DNA of 64,000 nt from an uncultured Anaerolineaceae bacterium (GTDB lineage: Bacteria; Chloroflexota; Anaerolineae; Anaerolineales; UBA11579). Position numbers and translations under genes: made by a program. The DNA lies in contig CAZNFL010000001.1 of the NCBI GenBank assembly GCA_964572455.1, positions 732 to 64,731 of the forward strand, read 5' to 3'. Of this stretch, positions 9,397-17,582 are shown piece after piece. The first letter of the stretch is position 1; each line of letters begins with the position of its first letter. The notes under the pieces were generated by a model, which was not told the origin of the DNA, ran no database searches, and saw only the letters and a program-made list of their open reading frames with translations.

Positions 9397-9511
9397 GTCT
9401 TTGCGAGGAGTGCTTTGCGAAGCAAAGCCGACGAAGCAATCTCCCAGTCAATGGTGGAGATTGCTTCACTTGCGGAGTTTACATTGAGCGCAGCGAAATG
9501 CCCGCAATGAC
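9397..9511. repeat. palindromic intergenic repeat, copy 4 (CTTTGCGAGGAGTGCTTTGCGAAGCAAAGCCGACGAAGCAATCTCC / GGAGATTGCTTCACTTGCGG...CCCGCAATGAC)
   Basis: Same family as copy 3. It is inserted inside the nuo operon between the nuoCD stop (9521) and the nuoI start (9378). The spurious ORF reads AKQSP. Confidence 0.7.
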
Positions 9512-9520
9512 GATTATTCA

Positions 9521-11299
9521 TTATCTATCCACTTCGCCCAACACAATATCAATGGACCCCAGGTTCACTACCACATCGGCGATCTTGCTGCCCACACACA
9601 TCTTTTCGAGCAAGGTTAGGTTGATGAAGGAGGGGGCGCGCACATGATAGCGGTAAGGATTGGCCTTGCCGGTGGACACAATATAGAAGCCCAGTTCGCC
9701 TTTGGGACCTTCCACGCGGCCGTAGGATTCTCCGGCCGGCACACGCACTTGGTAGGGATTTTTGCCGGTCATGATGTCGCCATCGGGAATGTCCACCACG
9801 GCCTGTTGCAAGATACGCAGGCTCTCGCGGATCTCATCCAGGCGGATCATGTAGCGATCGAAGACGTCGCCGTGATAACGCACAGCCACATCAAATTTGA
9901 AGCGGTCATAGATGCCATAGGGGTCGGCGCGGCGGATGTCGTAAGGCACGCCGGAGGCACGCAGCACGGGCCCGGCCGCCGAGTAAGCAATGGCGTCTTC
10001 GGGGGTGATCACGCCCACGCCCTCGCAACGGCTGCGCACCAACTCATTGCCGCTCAAATACAGGTCCAGTTCATCCACTTTGCGCGGCAAACGATCATTG
10101 ACCAGGCCTTTGATCTTAGAAAGCTCTCCGGCAGGCAAGTCTCGCGCAACCCCGCCGAAACGGAAGTAGTTGCACATCATACGCGAGCCGGCGCAGGCTT
10201 CGAAAATATCGAGGATCAATTCGCGCTCTTCAATGGCGTATAAAGCAGGGGTGAAGAAGGCGCCCAGGTCATTGAGCAGGAAGCCGATGGCCCATAAGTG
10301 GTTGCTGATGCGGGTCATTTCAGCCATGATCACGCGGATATATTCGGCGCGCTCCGGAGGGGCGGCCTTCTCGCCCATCAACTTCTCCACGGCCAACGCG
10401 TATCCGAAGTTGTTGCTCATGGAGGAAAGATAGTCCAGCCGGTCGGTGAACGGCATATTCATGATCCAAGTATTGCGCTCGCCGATCTGTTCATGATTGC
10501 GGTGCAGGTAGCCCATAACCGGTTTGAGCGCCACGATGGTCTCGCCGTCCAGGCGGACCGCCATGCGGAACACTCCGTGGGTGGAGGGGTGCTGCGGCCC
10601 GAGGTTCACCACGACCTGCTCGGTGTCAATATCTTCGCTGTATTCGCGCGCCGCCTTTTCGAGGGTGGCGTACATGCGCGGGTCGTCGCTTTCTTTGAAC
10701 CCTTCAGGGTCGAACCCCTGGGGATACTTTACGTTCTTGCCGAAGGGATTTTGGTCTTCGATGCGATAGACCTGGCCTTCAGGCCAGCGGTTCTTAAAGG
10801 GTTTGAGTTCCTCTTCGAAATAGGGCTCGATCCAATCCTTGCGCATGGGGTGGCCATGGAAGCCTTCCCACATCAGGATGCGGCGCAGATCAGGATGGCC
10901 TTCAAAGTTCACGCCGTAGAGATCCCAGGCTTCGCGCTCCTGGAAGTCGGCTCCCGGATAAATGTCATATAACGAGGGGACCACGGAATTATCGCGCGGC
11001 ACTTGCACTTTGTAGACCAGCGCCCCACCGCCCGTGGACTTGTAAAGGTGATAAACAACTTCGATGAAGTTGTTGGCGCCGGGCGCCTCGGAGTAATAAT
11101 CCACCGCAGTTAGCGAGGAGAGGAAGTCGTAGCCCATTTCATCGCGGATGGCGGTGGCCACTTCACGCAATTTGGCGCCTTCGACGATATGGCCTTCGTA
11201 GCCGGGCCGTGCATCGCGTTTCAGCGCGCCGGGAAAGCGCTTTTCGAGTTCGGTGGGTTCGACCGCGGGGGCCGGAGCAACAGGGGCTGGGGTCGCCAT
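9521..11299 (-). CDS. nuoCD: NADH-quinone oxidoreductase fused subunit C/D
   Basis: 592 aa. The N-terminal NuoC part has [19 protein letters not shown]. The NuoD part has [15 protein letters not shown] and ends DIVLGEVDR. There are no hydrogenase CxxC metal-site motifs. Confidence 0.9.
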   Translation of the reverse strand: MATPAPVAPAPAVEPTELEKRFPGALKRDARPGYEGHIVEGAKLREVATAIRDEMGYDFLSSLTAVDYYSEAPGANNFIEVVYHLYKSTGGGALVYKVQVPRDNSVVPSLYDIYPGADFQEREAWDLYGVNFEGHPDLRRILMWEGFHGHPMRKDWIEPYFEEELKPFKNRWPEGQVYRIEDQNPFGKNVKYPQGFDPEGFKESDDPRMYATLEKAAREYSEDIDTEQVVVNLGPQHPSTHGVFRMAVRLDGETIVALKPVMGYLHRNHEQIGERNTWIMNMPFTDRLDYLSSMSNNFGYALAVEKLMGEKAAPPERAEYIRVIMAEMTRISNHLWAIGFLLNDLGAFFTPALYAIEERELILDIFEACAGSRMMCNYFRFGGVARDLPAGELSKIKGLVNDRLPRKVDELDLYLSGNELVRSRCEGVGVITPEDAIAYSAAGPVLRASGVPYDIRRADPYGIYDRFKFDVAVRYHGDVFDRYMIRLDEIRESLRILQQAVVDIPDGDIMTGKNPYQVRVPAGESYGRVEGPKGELGFYIVSTGKANPYRYHVRAPSFINLTLLEKMCVGSKIADVVVNLGSIDIVLGEVDR

Positions 11300-11325
11300 G
11301 GGTTCTCGCTTAGCTCGTCTTTCCG

Positions 11326-12042
11326 CTAGCTGGCTGGTTCGCTGGCAGCGGCAGCCGGTTGGGCTGGCGCAGGGGCTGCAGCATGGGCAGCGGCCAGCTT
11401 AGGTGCGGCGGCCGGTCTGCTGGCCACTTCTTTGATCAAGGCGTTCTCGCGGGGGTCAATGAGGTCAGGCCCGAGTAGCGGCACAGGAATAGCAGGGATG
11501 TCATCCTTGCGATACCAACGCACTTTGGTGATCGACTCCTTGTCGATCTTCTCCTGCAATTTCATCAGGCCGTGCAGCAGGGCTTGCGGGGTCGGCGGGC
11601 AGCCGGGCACATACACATCAACGGGAACGTACTGGTCCACGCCCGAGACCACGTTGTAACCTTCTTTGAATGGTCCCCCGCCCGAAGCGCAGGCACCCAT
11701 GGCCATTACATATTTCGGCTCTGGCATCTGGTTATATAAACGCACGATCTGCGGGATCATTTTCTTGGTCACCGTGCCGGAAACGATCATCAGGTCGGAC
11801 TGCCGAGGGCTGGGGCGCATCACTTCCATTCCGAAGCGAGCCAGGTCGTAGCGGCTGGCCGCCGTGCAGATCATCTCGATGGCGCAGCAAGCCAAGCCGA
11901 ACATCATGGGCCACACCGAATAGCGGCGGCCCATATTCCAGATCTTGTCGAGGGTGGTAATGGCTATATTCTGGCGGATCTCCGGCGGCACATCGTAGCC
12001 GGCCGAATTCACCGTGGGGGTCGAGGGTTTGGCTTCAGTCAT
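11326..12042 (-). CDS. nuoB: NADH-quinone oxidoreductase subunit B (N2 cluster), with Ala/Pro-rich C-terminal extension
   Basis: 238 aa. Contains [20 protein letters not shown] and PGCPPTP. The C-terminal roughly 45 aa are low complexity. Confidence 0.9.
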   Translation of the reverse strand: MTEAKPSTPTVNSAGYDVPPEIRQNIAITTLDKIWNMGRRYSVWPMMFGLACCAIEMICTAASRYDLARFGMEVMRPSPRQSDLMIVSGTVTKKMIPQIVRLYNQMPEPKYVMAMGACASGGGPFKEGYNVVSGVDQYVPVDVYVPGCPPTPQALLHGLMKLQEKIDKESITKVRWYRKDDIPAIPVPLLGPDLIDPRENALIKEVASRPAAAPKLAAAHAAAPAPAQPAAAASEPAS

Positions 12043-12269
12043 AGTGGATTGATCTCCTCAAACCATTCCTGGTAGATGGCTGCCAGGATTTCGTCGTTTC
12101 CAAGGGCCGGGTCGTCTGCGAAATTCGGCAAGGCGATCGTCCAGCGAAAAATGTTGCCTAGCGAAACGTCTTCCAAAGACTCTTGGGGACGGCTGGCTTT
12201 AAGAGCCCGCGCTATCTCGTAAATGGCGTCCCAGTAGAGTGGCTGGGCTATTTTGCCCTCTTTGTTCTT
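12039..12269 (-). CDS. IscX/YfhJ-like small acidic protein; start codon unresolved (not in ORF track)
   Basis: I hand-translated the open frame as [76 protein letters not shown]. It aligns without gaps to the E. coli IscX sequence as I recall it (F.DDP...N..IL.AI...W..E). Its TGA overlaps the nuoB ATG (ATGA). There is no ATG/GTG/TTG near the 5' end. Confidence 0.6.
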   Translation of the reverse strand, partial: KNKEGKIAQPLYWDAIYEIARALKASRPQESLEDVSLGNIFRWTIALPNFADDPALGNDEILAAIYQEWFEEINPL

Positions 12270-12277
12270 TCATTCAC

Positions 12278-12305
12278 ATTATAGCCCTGCCAGGAGAGGT
12301 GTCAA
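12278..12305 (-). promoter_or_regulatory. consensus sigma70-type promoter for the IscX-like/nuoB operon
   Basis: On the minus strand: TTGACA (12305..12300), a 16-nt spacer, then TATAAT (12283..12278), followed by gtga and ATG (12273..12271). Confidence 0.65.
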
Positions 12306-12350
12306 TATATGTTAATAAAGAAGTAAATATTTGCGTTATTATTGGGATAT

Positions 12351-12992
12351 ATGCAATCCACACGCCAACGCATTCTGGATACCCTGGACCAACGCGGCAG
12401 CGCCAGCGCCCACCAGTTAGCGCAATCCTTTGGCATGACCGCAGCTAATATGCGCCGCCACTTGGGAATCCTGCTCAACCGTGGGCAGGTGGCCAGGGTC
12501 GCCCAGCGCCGCAGAGGCGGGCGGGGCCGCCCCGAGCAGGTCTACGCTCTGGCGGCACCCTCGGTTGGAGGCGGGCTAGAGCCGCTAGCCCACGCCTTGC
12601 TCACAGATCTGACCGCCAAAACCGAGGGCACGAACTCCAAGGCCAGGCTGAAAGAAGTAGCGAAGCTGATTCTGGGCAATCAGCCCGCTCCCACAGGCCA
12701 GCTCACGCAGCGGCTGGTGGCAGCCGTTCAAGGGCTATCCCCGCTCAACTACAGGCCACGTTGGGAAGCCAAGCCGCAAGGACCGGAGCTGGTGCTGGGC
12801 CGCTGCCCATACGCGGCGATCATCGCCGATCACCCGGAACTGTGCCAGATGGACGCGTACATTCTTGAGGGCTTGCTCGGCAGTACGGTCGAGCAGACCG
12901 CCAAGTTGCAAACGGGGCCCCAAGGGACCCCGCAGTGCATGTTTGTTATGAAGCAAGAACCTCTAAAAAGGCCGCGGGGGGACCAGTTTTGA
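12351..12992 (+). CDS. winged-helix (ArsR/SufR-like) transcriptional regulator with C-terminal Cys motif
   Basis: MQSTRQRILDTLDQRGSASAHQLAQSFGMTAANMRRHLGILLNRGQV is a wHTH. The C-terminal part has C-x12-C (RCPYAAIIADHPELC) plus a third Cys. ATG at 12351 is preferred over the TTG at 12342. Confidence 0.65.
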   Translation: MQSTRQRILDTLDQRGSASAHQLAQSFGMTAANMRRHLGILLNRGQVARVAQRRRGGRGRPEQVYALAAPSVGGGLEPLAHALLTDLTAKTEGTNSKARLKEVAKLILGNQPAPTGQLTQRLVAAVQGLSPLNYRPRWEAKPQGPELVLGRCPYAAIIADHPELCQMDAYILEGLLGSTVEQTAKLQTGPQGTPQCMFVMKQEPLKRPRGDQF

Positions 12993-13039
12993 CTCCCGGA
13001 TGGTAATATTTCTCGGTTTGTCACCTTACCCCGCTAATA

Positions 13040-14083
13040 ATGCGTAATCATCTACTGCTCCTCGCGCTGACCGTTCAGTTTCTTGTCGCCGCGCCTATCT
13101 TTGCTCCGCCCCAGGGAACGCCGGGCGAGGTCATTGCGCTGATCAACGCCTACCGTGCAGAAAATGGGCTGCCAGCCGTTGTCGAAAATCATATTCTTAG
13201 CGCAATCGCCCAGGGTCAGGCTGATTACTTGATCAGCCAACCCATGGGCACCGTGGGCGACGTGCACGAGGGACCCGGAGGAACTCGGCCGAAGGATCGC
13301 GCCTACAACGCAGGATACGGCAGCGGTGGAGGAATCTCCGTATCCGAAATTGTCAAAGGCGGGATCGATGAAACTTCATCGAGCGCGATGGCTTGGTGGA
13401 AAACATCCCCGCCACACAACAACACGATGCTGAGTTCCTTTTATGTCGAGATTGGCGCTGGTGCCGCAACCGATAACAACGGGCGTTGGTGGTACGTCGC
13501 GGATTTTGGCTCCCAGGGAGGCGGGGTGTACGTCCCGGGTTCTTCACCCACCCAAGCCGTCCAGCAACCTGCCGCGCCGGTGATGATCCCGGTTGTCAAG
13601 GCGGATCCGCGGCCTGATGGCTCCATTGTGCACATCGTCCGTACGGGGCAAACACTTTGGACGATTGCGGCAGTGTACGAAGTTCCGCTTGATCAGGTTA
13701 TACAACTTAACGGCAATAATGAAACGATCTTCCCGGGAGACGAGGTCATCGTGGCCCCAGCCGGTTCAGCGGCCACAGTGGCTCCAACCTTGGATCCCAA
13801 CGAGACACCCACATTGACTCTAAGTCCAACGGAAGAAAAACTTCCCACCCGCCAACTTACAAGGGAACAGCTTTCTGCCGCGCAAGACACGCCGGCTTCT
13901 CCGCAAGGGCAAACCAGCCAGTTGTCCGCAGAGGACAAGGCCAAGGCCGCAAACACCACCGTGATGCTGGTGGTCGGCGTGGCCTTGCTCAGCATCCTGG
14001 GCGTGTTCGCCGCCAGCTTTTTTATCCAGCGGCCGCGTCCTCCTGAGTCATCCGGGGACGATCCTTTCGCTCCGATCGACTAA
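13040..14083 (+). CDS. secreted CAP/SCP-domain plus LysM-domain protein with C-terminal TM anchor
   Basis: 347 aa. It has a signal peptide, a CAP-like part ([13 protein letters not shown] ... [13 protein letters not shown]), a LysM domain ([28 protein letters not shown]), a Pro/Thr linker and a terminal TM helix. Confidence 0.75.
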   Translation: MRNHLLLLALTVQFLVAAPIFAPPQGTPGEVIALINAYRAENGLPAVVENHILSAIAQGQADYLISQPMGTVGDVHEGPGGTRPKDRAYNAGYGSGGGISVSEIVKGGIDETSSSAMAWWKTSPPHNNTMLSSFYVEIGAGAATDNNGRWWYVADFGSQGGGVYVPGSSPTQAVQQPAAPVMIPVVKADPRPDGSIVHIVRTGQTLWTIAAVYEVPLDQVIQLNGNNETIFPGDEVIVAPAGSAATVAPTLDPNETPTLTLSPTEEKLPTRQLTREQLSAAQDTPASPQGQTSQLSAEDKAKAANTTVMLVVGVALLSILGVFAASFFIQRPRPPESSGDDPFAPID

Positions 14084-14088
14084 ATTCC

Positions 14089-14817
14089 GTGCCGCGTTCT
14101 TCGCCACCTAACCCGGCGCGCTCAGCCTTCCTCGCTGGTCTGCGCGACACAGTTCCTCTTCTGGTCGGGGGGTGGCCTTTCGGTCTGATCTTCGGCGCCC
14201 TGGCAGTTACCAGCGGATTCTCTCCATTGGGCGCGGCAGCTATGTCTGCGATAGTTTTCGCGGGTTCAGCCCAGTTTATTTCTGTGGGCTTGGTGGCTGC
14301 CGGGACTCCTGCCGCGGTCATCATTCTGGCGGTATTCGTTATCAACCTGCGCCATATGTTGTATTCGGCCACCCTGGCGCCCCATTTAAAGAACCTACCT
14401 ACGCGCTGGCTGCTGCCGCTGGGTTTTTGGCTCACCGATGAGTCTTTCGTGGTGGCGGCAAAGCATTTCGAAGAAACCAAAGACAATGCCAACAAGCGCT
14501 GGTATTTGCTGGGCTCGGAAATCGGGATGTACACCGATTGGCAAGTGGCGACCTGGGTCGGCATTGTAGCCGGGCAGCAAATTAAGGATCCGCAAAGCTG
14601 GGGGTTGGATTTTGCCATGGTGGTCACCTTTATTGGAGTGCTGGTGCCTATGGTTAAAGACCGCCCCACCCTGGCCGCCGCGTTGGCCGCAGGGGTGGCC
14701 GCGTTGCTGGCCAATGGACTTCCGTATCATCTGGGATTGCTGCTTGCAGCCTTGGCGGGTATTGCTGCCGGGGTGCTAGCGGAGCGCAGTTTGTCTGCCG
14801 CAGAGGGGGAATCTTGA
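14089..14817 (+). CDS. azlC: AzlC-family branched-chain amino acid exporter subunit
   Basis: 242 aa, multi-TM. Contains FAGSAQF and NLRHMLYSA motifs. It is followed by an overlapping azlD. Confidence 0.8.
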   Translation: MPRSSPPNPARSAFLAGLRDTVPLLVGGWPFGLIFGALAVTSGFSPLGAAAMSAIVFAGSAQFISVGLVAAGTPAAVIILAVFVINLRHMLYSATLAPHLKNLPTRWLLPLGFWLTDESFVVAAKHFEETKDNANKRWYLLGSEIGMYTDWQVATWVGIVAGQQIKDPQSWGLDFAMVVTFIGVLVPMVKDRPTLAAALAAGVAALLANGLPYHLGLLLAALAGIAAGVLAERSLSAAEGES

Positions 14818-15134
14818 ACGAATTCCTGCTGATCGCTGGTATGGCCGTGGCCACCATGGCAACCCGGATCCCCGTGTTGCTATGGCTGAGTAAACGCAAG
14901 CTGCCTGAGGGCTTATTGCGGGCTCTGCGCTACGTGCCGCCGGCAGTGCTGGCAGCCATTATCCTGCCGGCGGTGTTACTGCCGGATGGCAAGTTTGCAT
15001 TGGGATGGGACAATGCACCCCTGGTGGCTGGCGTCGTAGCCGTGCTGGTCTCCTGGCGCTGGCGCAACCTGTTGCTGACCGTTTTTGCAGGCATGGCTGC
15101 CCTGTATATCTGGCGGTTGGTACTAAACCCCTAA
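14814..15134 (+). CDS. azlD: AzlD-family membrane protein
   Basis: 106 aa with 3-4 TM helices. It overlaps azlC by 4 nt, which is the canonical azlCD pairing. Confidence 0.75.
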   Translation: MNEFLLIAGMAVATMATRIPVLLWLSKRKLPEGLLRALRYVPPAVLAAIILPAVLLPDGKFALGWDNAPLVAGVVAVLVSWRWRNLLLTVFAGMAALYIWRLVLNP

Positions 15135-15171
15135 CCTAAATTTTGTATCTCGAATCGAGTATCCCCAAGTA

Positions 15172-15218
15172 TTGACATGAAATTAATTAGCTGTTATTAT
15201 GTAACCATTCGGTTACAT
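15172..15218 (+). promoter_or_regulatory. consensus promoter with overlapping 8-4-8 palindromic operator
   Basis: TTGACA (15172..15177), a 17-nt spacer, then TATTAT (15195..15200). The perfect inverted repeat ATGTAACC-ATTC-GGTTACAT (15199..15218) overlaps the -10/+1 region. GGAGG sits at 15223 and the ATG at 15233. Confidence 0.7.
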
Positions 15219-15232
15219 GAACGGAGGAACCC

Positions 15233-15703
15233 ATGCTCGCCTCTCATATTGCGGATGAACTAAAAGTCCACTTTGAAATCGAGATCAAAGCTAAGCCCGA
15301 GAAGGTATGGGCCATACTGGCCAGCCTGGAAGGCATGAACGAATGGTTCAGCAAGAAACTGGTCTTTGAATTCCATGAAGGCGGCCGTTTCCAAATGGAG
15401 GTTAGCATTCCCGGGGATGGCGACTTCGCTTTTTATGGCGAAGTAGTCAAGATCGACCCACCCCACGAACTGGCCTTCTCTTGGACCGAACAAGAAAAGG
15501 GCAAAACCCCTTGGCCGATTGCCACCTTGGTGTCGTTCAAGCTGCGGCCAAAAGGAACCAGCACCGTCGTCTCCTTGACCCACACCGGCTTCGAGAAACT
15601 GGAGGGCGAGCTGGCCCGCACAGAGTACGAGGGCCACATCGAAGGTTGGGCGCGAGCCGAAACGCTGAAAGAACTCAAGGCCGCAGTGGAAGCTGCCAAA
15701 TAG
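15233..15703 (+). CDS. SRPBCC/AHSA1 (Aha1-like) domain protein
   Basis: 156 aa. Pattern PEKVWAILASLEGMNEWF ... ELAFSW ... SLTHTGF is typical of the Aha1-like SRPBCC proteins that pair with ArsR regulators. Confidence 0.75.
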   Translation: MLASHIADELKVHFEIEIKAKPEKVWAILASLEGMNEWFSKKLVFEFHEGGRFQMEVSIPGDGDFAFYGEVVKIDPPHELAFSWTEQEKGKTPWPIATLVSFKLRPKGTSTVVSLTHTGFEKLEGELARTEYEGHIEGWARAETLKELKAAVEAAK

Positions 15704-15705
15704 CG

Positions 15706-16020
15706 ATGCCCCGATCCGCCTTTCACGCCATCGCCGACCCGACCCGCCGCCAGATCCTCGATTTCCTGCGCGAACAAGGCCCTTTGCGCGCAGGCGATCT
15801 GGCGGCGCTCTTCCCGCGCATCAGCCGGCCGGGCGTGAGCAAGCACCTGCGCGTGCTGCGCGGCGCGCAGCTGCTGCAGCAGGAACGGCGGGGGCGCGAG
15901 CTGTGGTACCGGCTGGACCCGGCGCCCCTCTCGCAGGTCGAGAACTGGGTTGGCAAATACGAGGGATTTTGGCAAGACCGATTGCAGGCCTTAAAGAAAG
16001 CCAGCGAAAAGAAGTCTTAA
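15706..16020 (+). CDS. ArsR/SmtB-family transcriptional regulator
   Basis: MPRSAFHAIADPTRRQILDFLREQGPLRAGDLAALFPRISRPGVSKHLRVLRGAQLL. The true ATG is at 15706; the track ORF starting at 15481 overlaps the previous gene. Confidence 0.85.
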   Translation: MPRSAFHAIADPTRRQILDFLREQGPLRAGDLAALFPRISRPGVSKHLRVLRGAQLLQQERRGRELWYRLDPAPLSQVENWVGKYEGFWQDRLQALKKASEKKS

Positions 16021-16087
16021 TAAAATATTGCGCGGCTAAATTCGCTGTCTTTAATTCCCCACCCTACTTCAGCGGTATCATGCAAAC

Positions 16088-16648
16088 GTGGCGACTGGCA
16101 TAGTGGTTAAACCGGTTAGCGCTGACCGCTGGGGTGATCTGGTCGAATTATTTGGCCCGAGCGGCGCCTATAGCGGTTGCTGGTGTATGTTCTCGCGGCT
16201 CAGCGGCGCCGAGTTCAGCCCAGGCAACAAGGCGGCCATGCGCAAGATAGTGGCCGGCGACAATGTGCCAGGCCTATTGGCTTATCAAAAAGGAAAACCG
16301 GTCGGCTGGATCTCGGTCGGCCCGCGCAAGGTCTTTGGCCGCATCGAACGCTCGCCATTGTTCAAGGCCATTGACGAGCAAGAAGTCTGGTCGGTGGTGT
16401 GCTTCTTCATCCCAAAAGCAAACCGTCATCAGGGGATCGGCAAGAGGCTGCTTTCCGCCGCCGAAGCATATGCCCGCAGTCAGGGAGCGCGGACGCTGGA
16501 GGCCTATCCTGTCGACACGAAAGGAAAGCTGTGGCCGAGCGGCGAGGCCGCCATATTTTGGGGGACGCAAACGATCTTCGAGCAAGCCGGATTCAAGGAG
16601 GTTGCGCGCAAAAAAGAGAAGCGGCCAATGATGCGCAAAAAATTATAA
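16088..16648 (+). CDS. GNAT-family N-acetyltransferase
   Basis: 186 aa. HQGIGKRLLSAAEAYARSQGARTLEAYP is the acetyl-CoA binding motif A region. Confidence 0.75.
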   Translation: MATGIVVKPVSADRWGDLVELFGPSGAYSGCWCMFSRLSGAEFSPGNKAAMRKIVAGDNVPGLLAYQKGKPVGWISVGPRKVFGRIERSPLFKAIDEQEVWSVVCFFIPKANRHQGIGKRLLSAAEAYARSQGARTLEAYPVDTKGKLWPSGEAAIFWGTQTIFEQAGFKEVARKKEKRPMMRKKL

Positions 16649-16779
16649 GTTCCTTATCTATTGAGCTCAGCTTGCGCGCCTTAGCCTACCAGTAAAAGAA
16701 CAAACATGAATAAAGCCTAAAACTCAAATAACAATTACAATTAGCCAAGTTTCAATAGGACTCTTCGTCCGCAGAGGCC

Positions 16780-17487
16780 TTGGGTCAAGAATCTGCTAGA
16801 ATCGTTTCAGCTTCGAAATCAGAGTCAAAGGCTTGGAAATCAAGCCGAATTGGAATTCCTACATTGGCGATTACAAAGCATTTGATTTACAGAAATTCTC
16901 ACTTGTATGTTTGGGTATTGCGAGTTATTCACGGCAAAAGTTTCAGCCAGCGCTATCTTTATATGGCAGATTTGGTCAAGGGGACCGATTCGGTCTTGGA
17001 GCCGGGGTGTGGGCCCTCAGTGTTGCCCACCTACCTGGAAGCAAACACCACCTACCGTGGTTTTGACCTGAACGAAGGGTTTATTCGTCATGCTCGAAAG
17101 AAAAAGCTGGACGTTTGGGTTGGAAACGTATTAGAGAAACACAATTATAAAGAAAACGAAGCCGTGGTTGCCTGCGACGTCTTCCATCATTTGAGCCCTA
17201 AGGATAGAGAAACCTTTATTAGCCACTGTTATGTATCTTGTGGAAAATTTTTCATTATCTGTGAGCCTTTTTATATTTACAACAGCTCCTTCATCAAAAA
17301 GACAGCCAGAAAATTCGGGGCTTGGTTGGATTCTGATGGAATCAACAAGATCAAAGGCGAGAACTATTTGCACTATCGCCAGTTGAAACGGGAAATCAAA
17401 AATGGATTTGGTGTAATTCCCAAGACAGTAAAGAGGAAAACAAAGATGATCGGAGACGACCTGGTGACTATTTTTTATAAGAATTGA
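16780..17487 (+). CDS. class I SAM-dependent methyltransferase (low-GC gene; start uncertain, possibly TTG at 16864)
   Basis: Motif I VLEPGCGPS, followed by GFDLNE and ACDVFHHL. The gene and its flanks are visibly AT-rich compared with neighbouring genes. Confidence 0.7.
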   Translation: MGQESARIVSASKSESKAWKSSRIGIPTLAITKHLIYRNSHLYVWVLRVIHGKSFSQRYLYMADLVKGTDSVLEPGCGPSVLPTYLEANTTYRGFDLNEGFIRHARKKKLDVWVGNVLEKHNYKENEAVVACDVFHHLSPKDRETFISHCYVSCGKFFIICEPFYIYNSSFIKKTARKFGAWLDSDGINKIKGENYLHYRQLKREIKNGFGVIPKTVKRKTKMIGDDLVTIFYKN

Positions 17488-17510
17488 GATGCTGTTTCAC
17501 ACAAAATCAA

Positions 17511-17538
17511 AGGACGGGCTTAATGCCCGTCCTTTTTT
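17511..17538. terminator. bidirectional rho-independent terminator between methyltransferase (+) and glmS (-)
   Basis: AGGACGGGC-TTAAT-GCCCGTCCT is followed by TTTTT on the plus strand. On the minus strand the same hairpin is followed by TTGATTTT. Confidence 0.8.
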
Positions 17539-17582
17539 GATTCGCAGTTTGCGTGTTGCCGCAACCCAGCTCTACTGGCTGT

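Noticed and set aside
12043-12270. Expected nuoA gene upstream of nuoB
   Set aside because: No frame encodes a hydrophobic 3-TM NuoA-like protein here. The only coherent frame is acidic, soluble and IscX-like.
15481-15705. N-terminal 75 codons of the track ORF 15481..16020
   Set aside because: This part overlaps the SRPBCC gene out of frame and is Arg/Gly-rich. The ArsR homology starts exactly at the ATG at 15706, 3 nt after the upstream stop.
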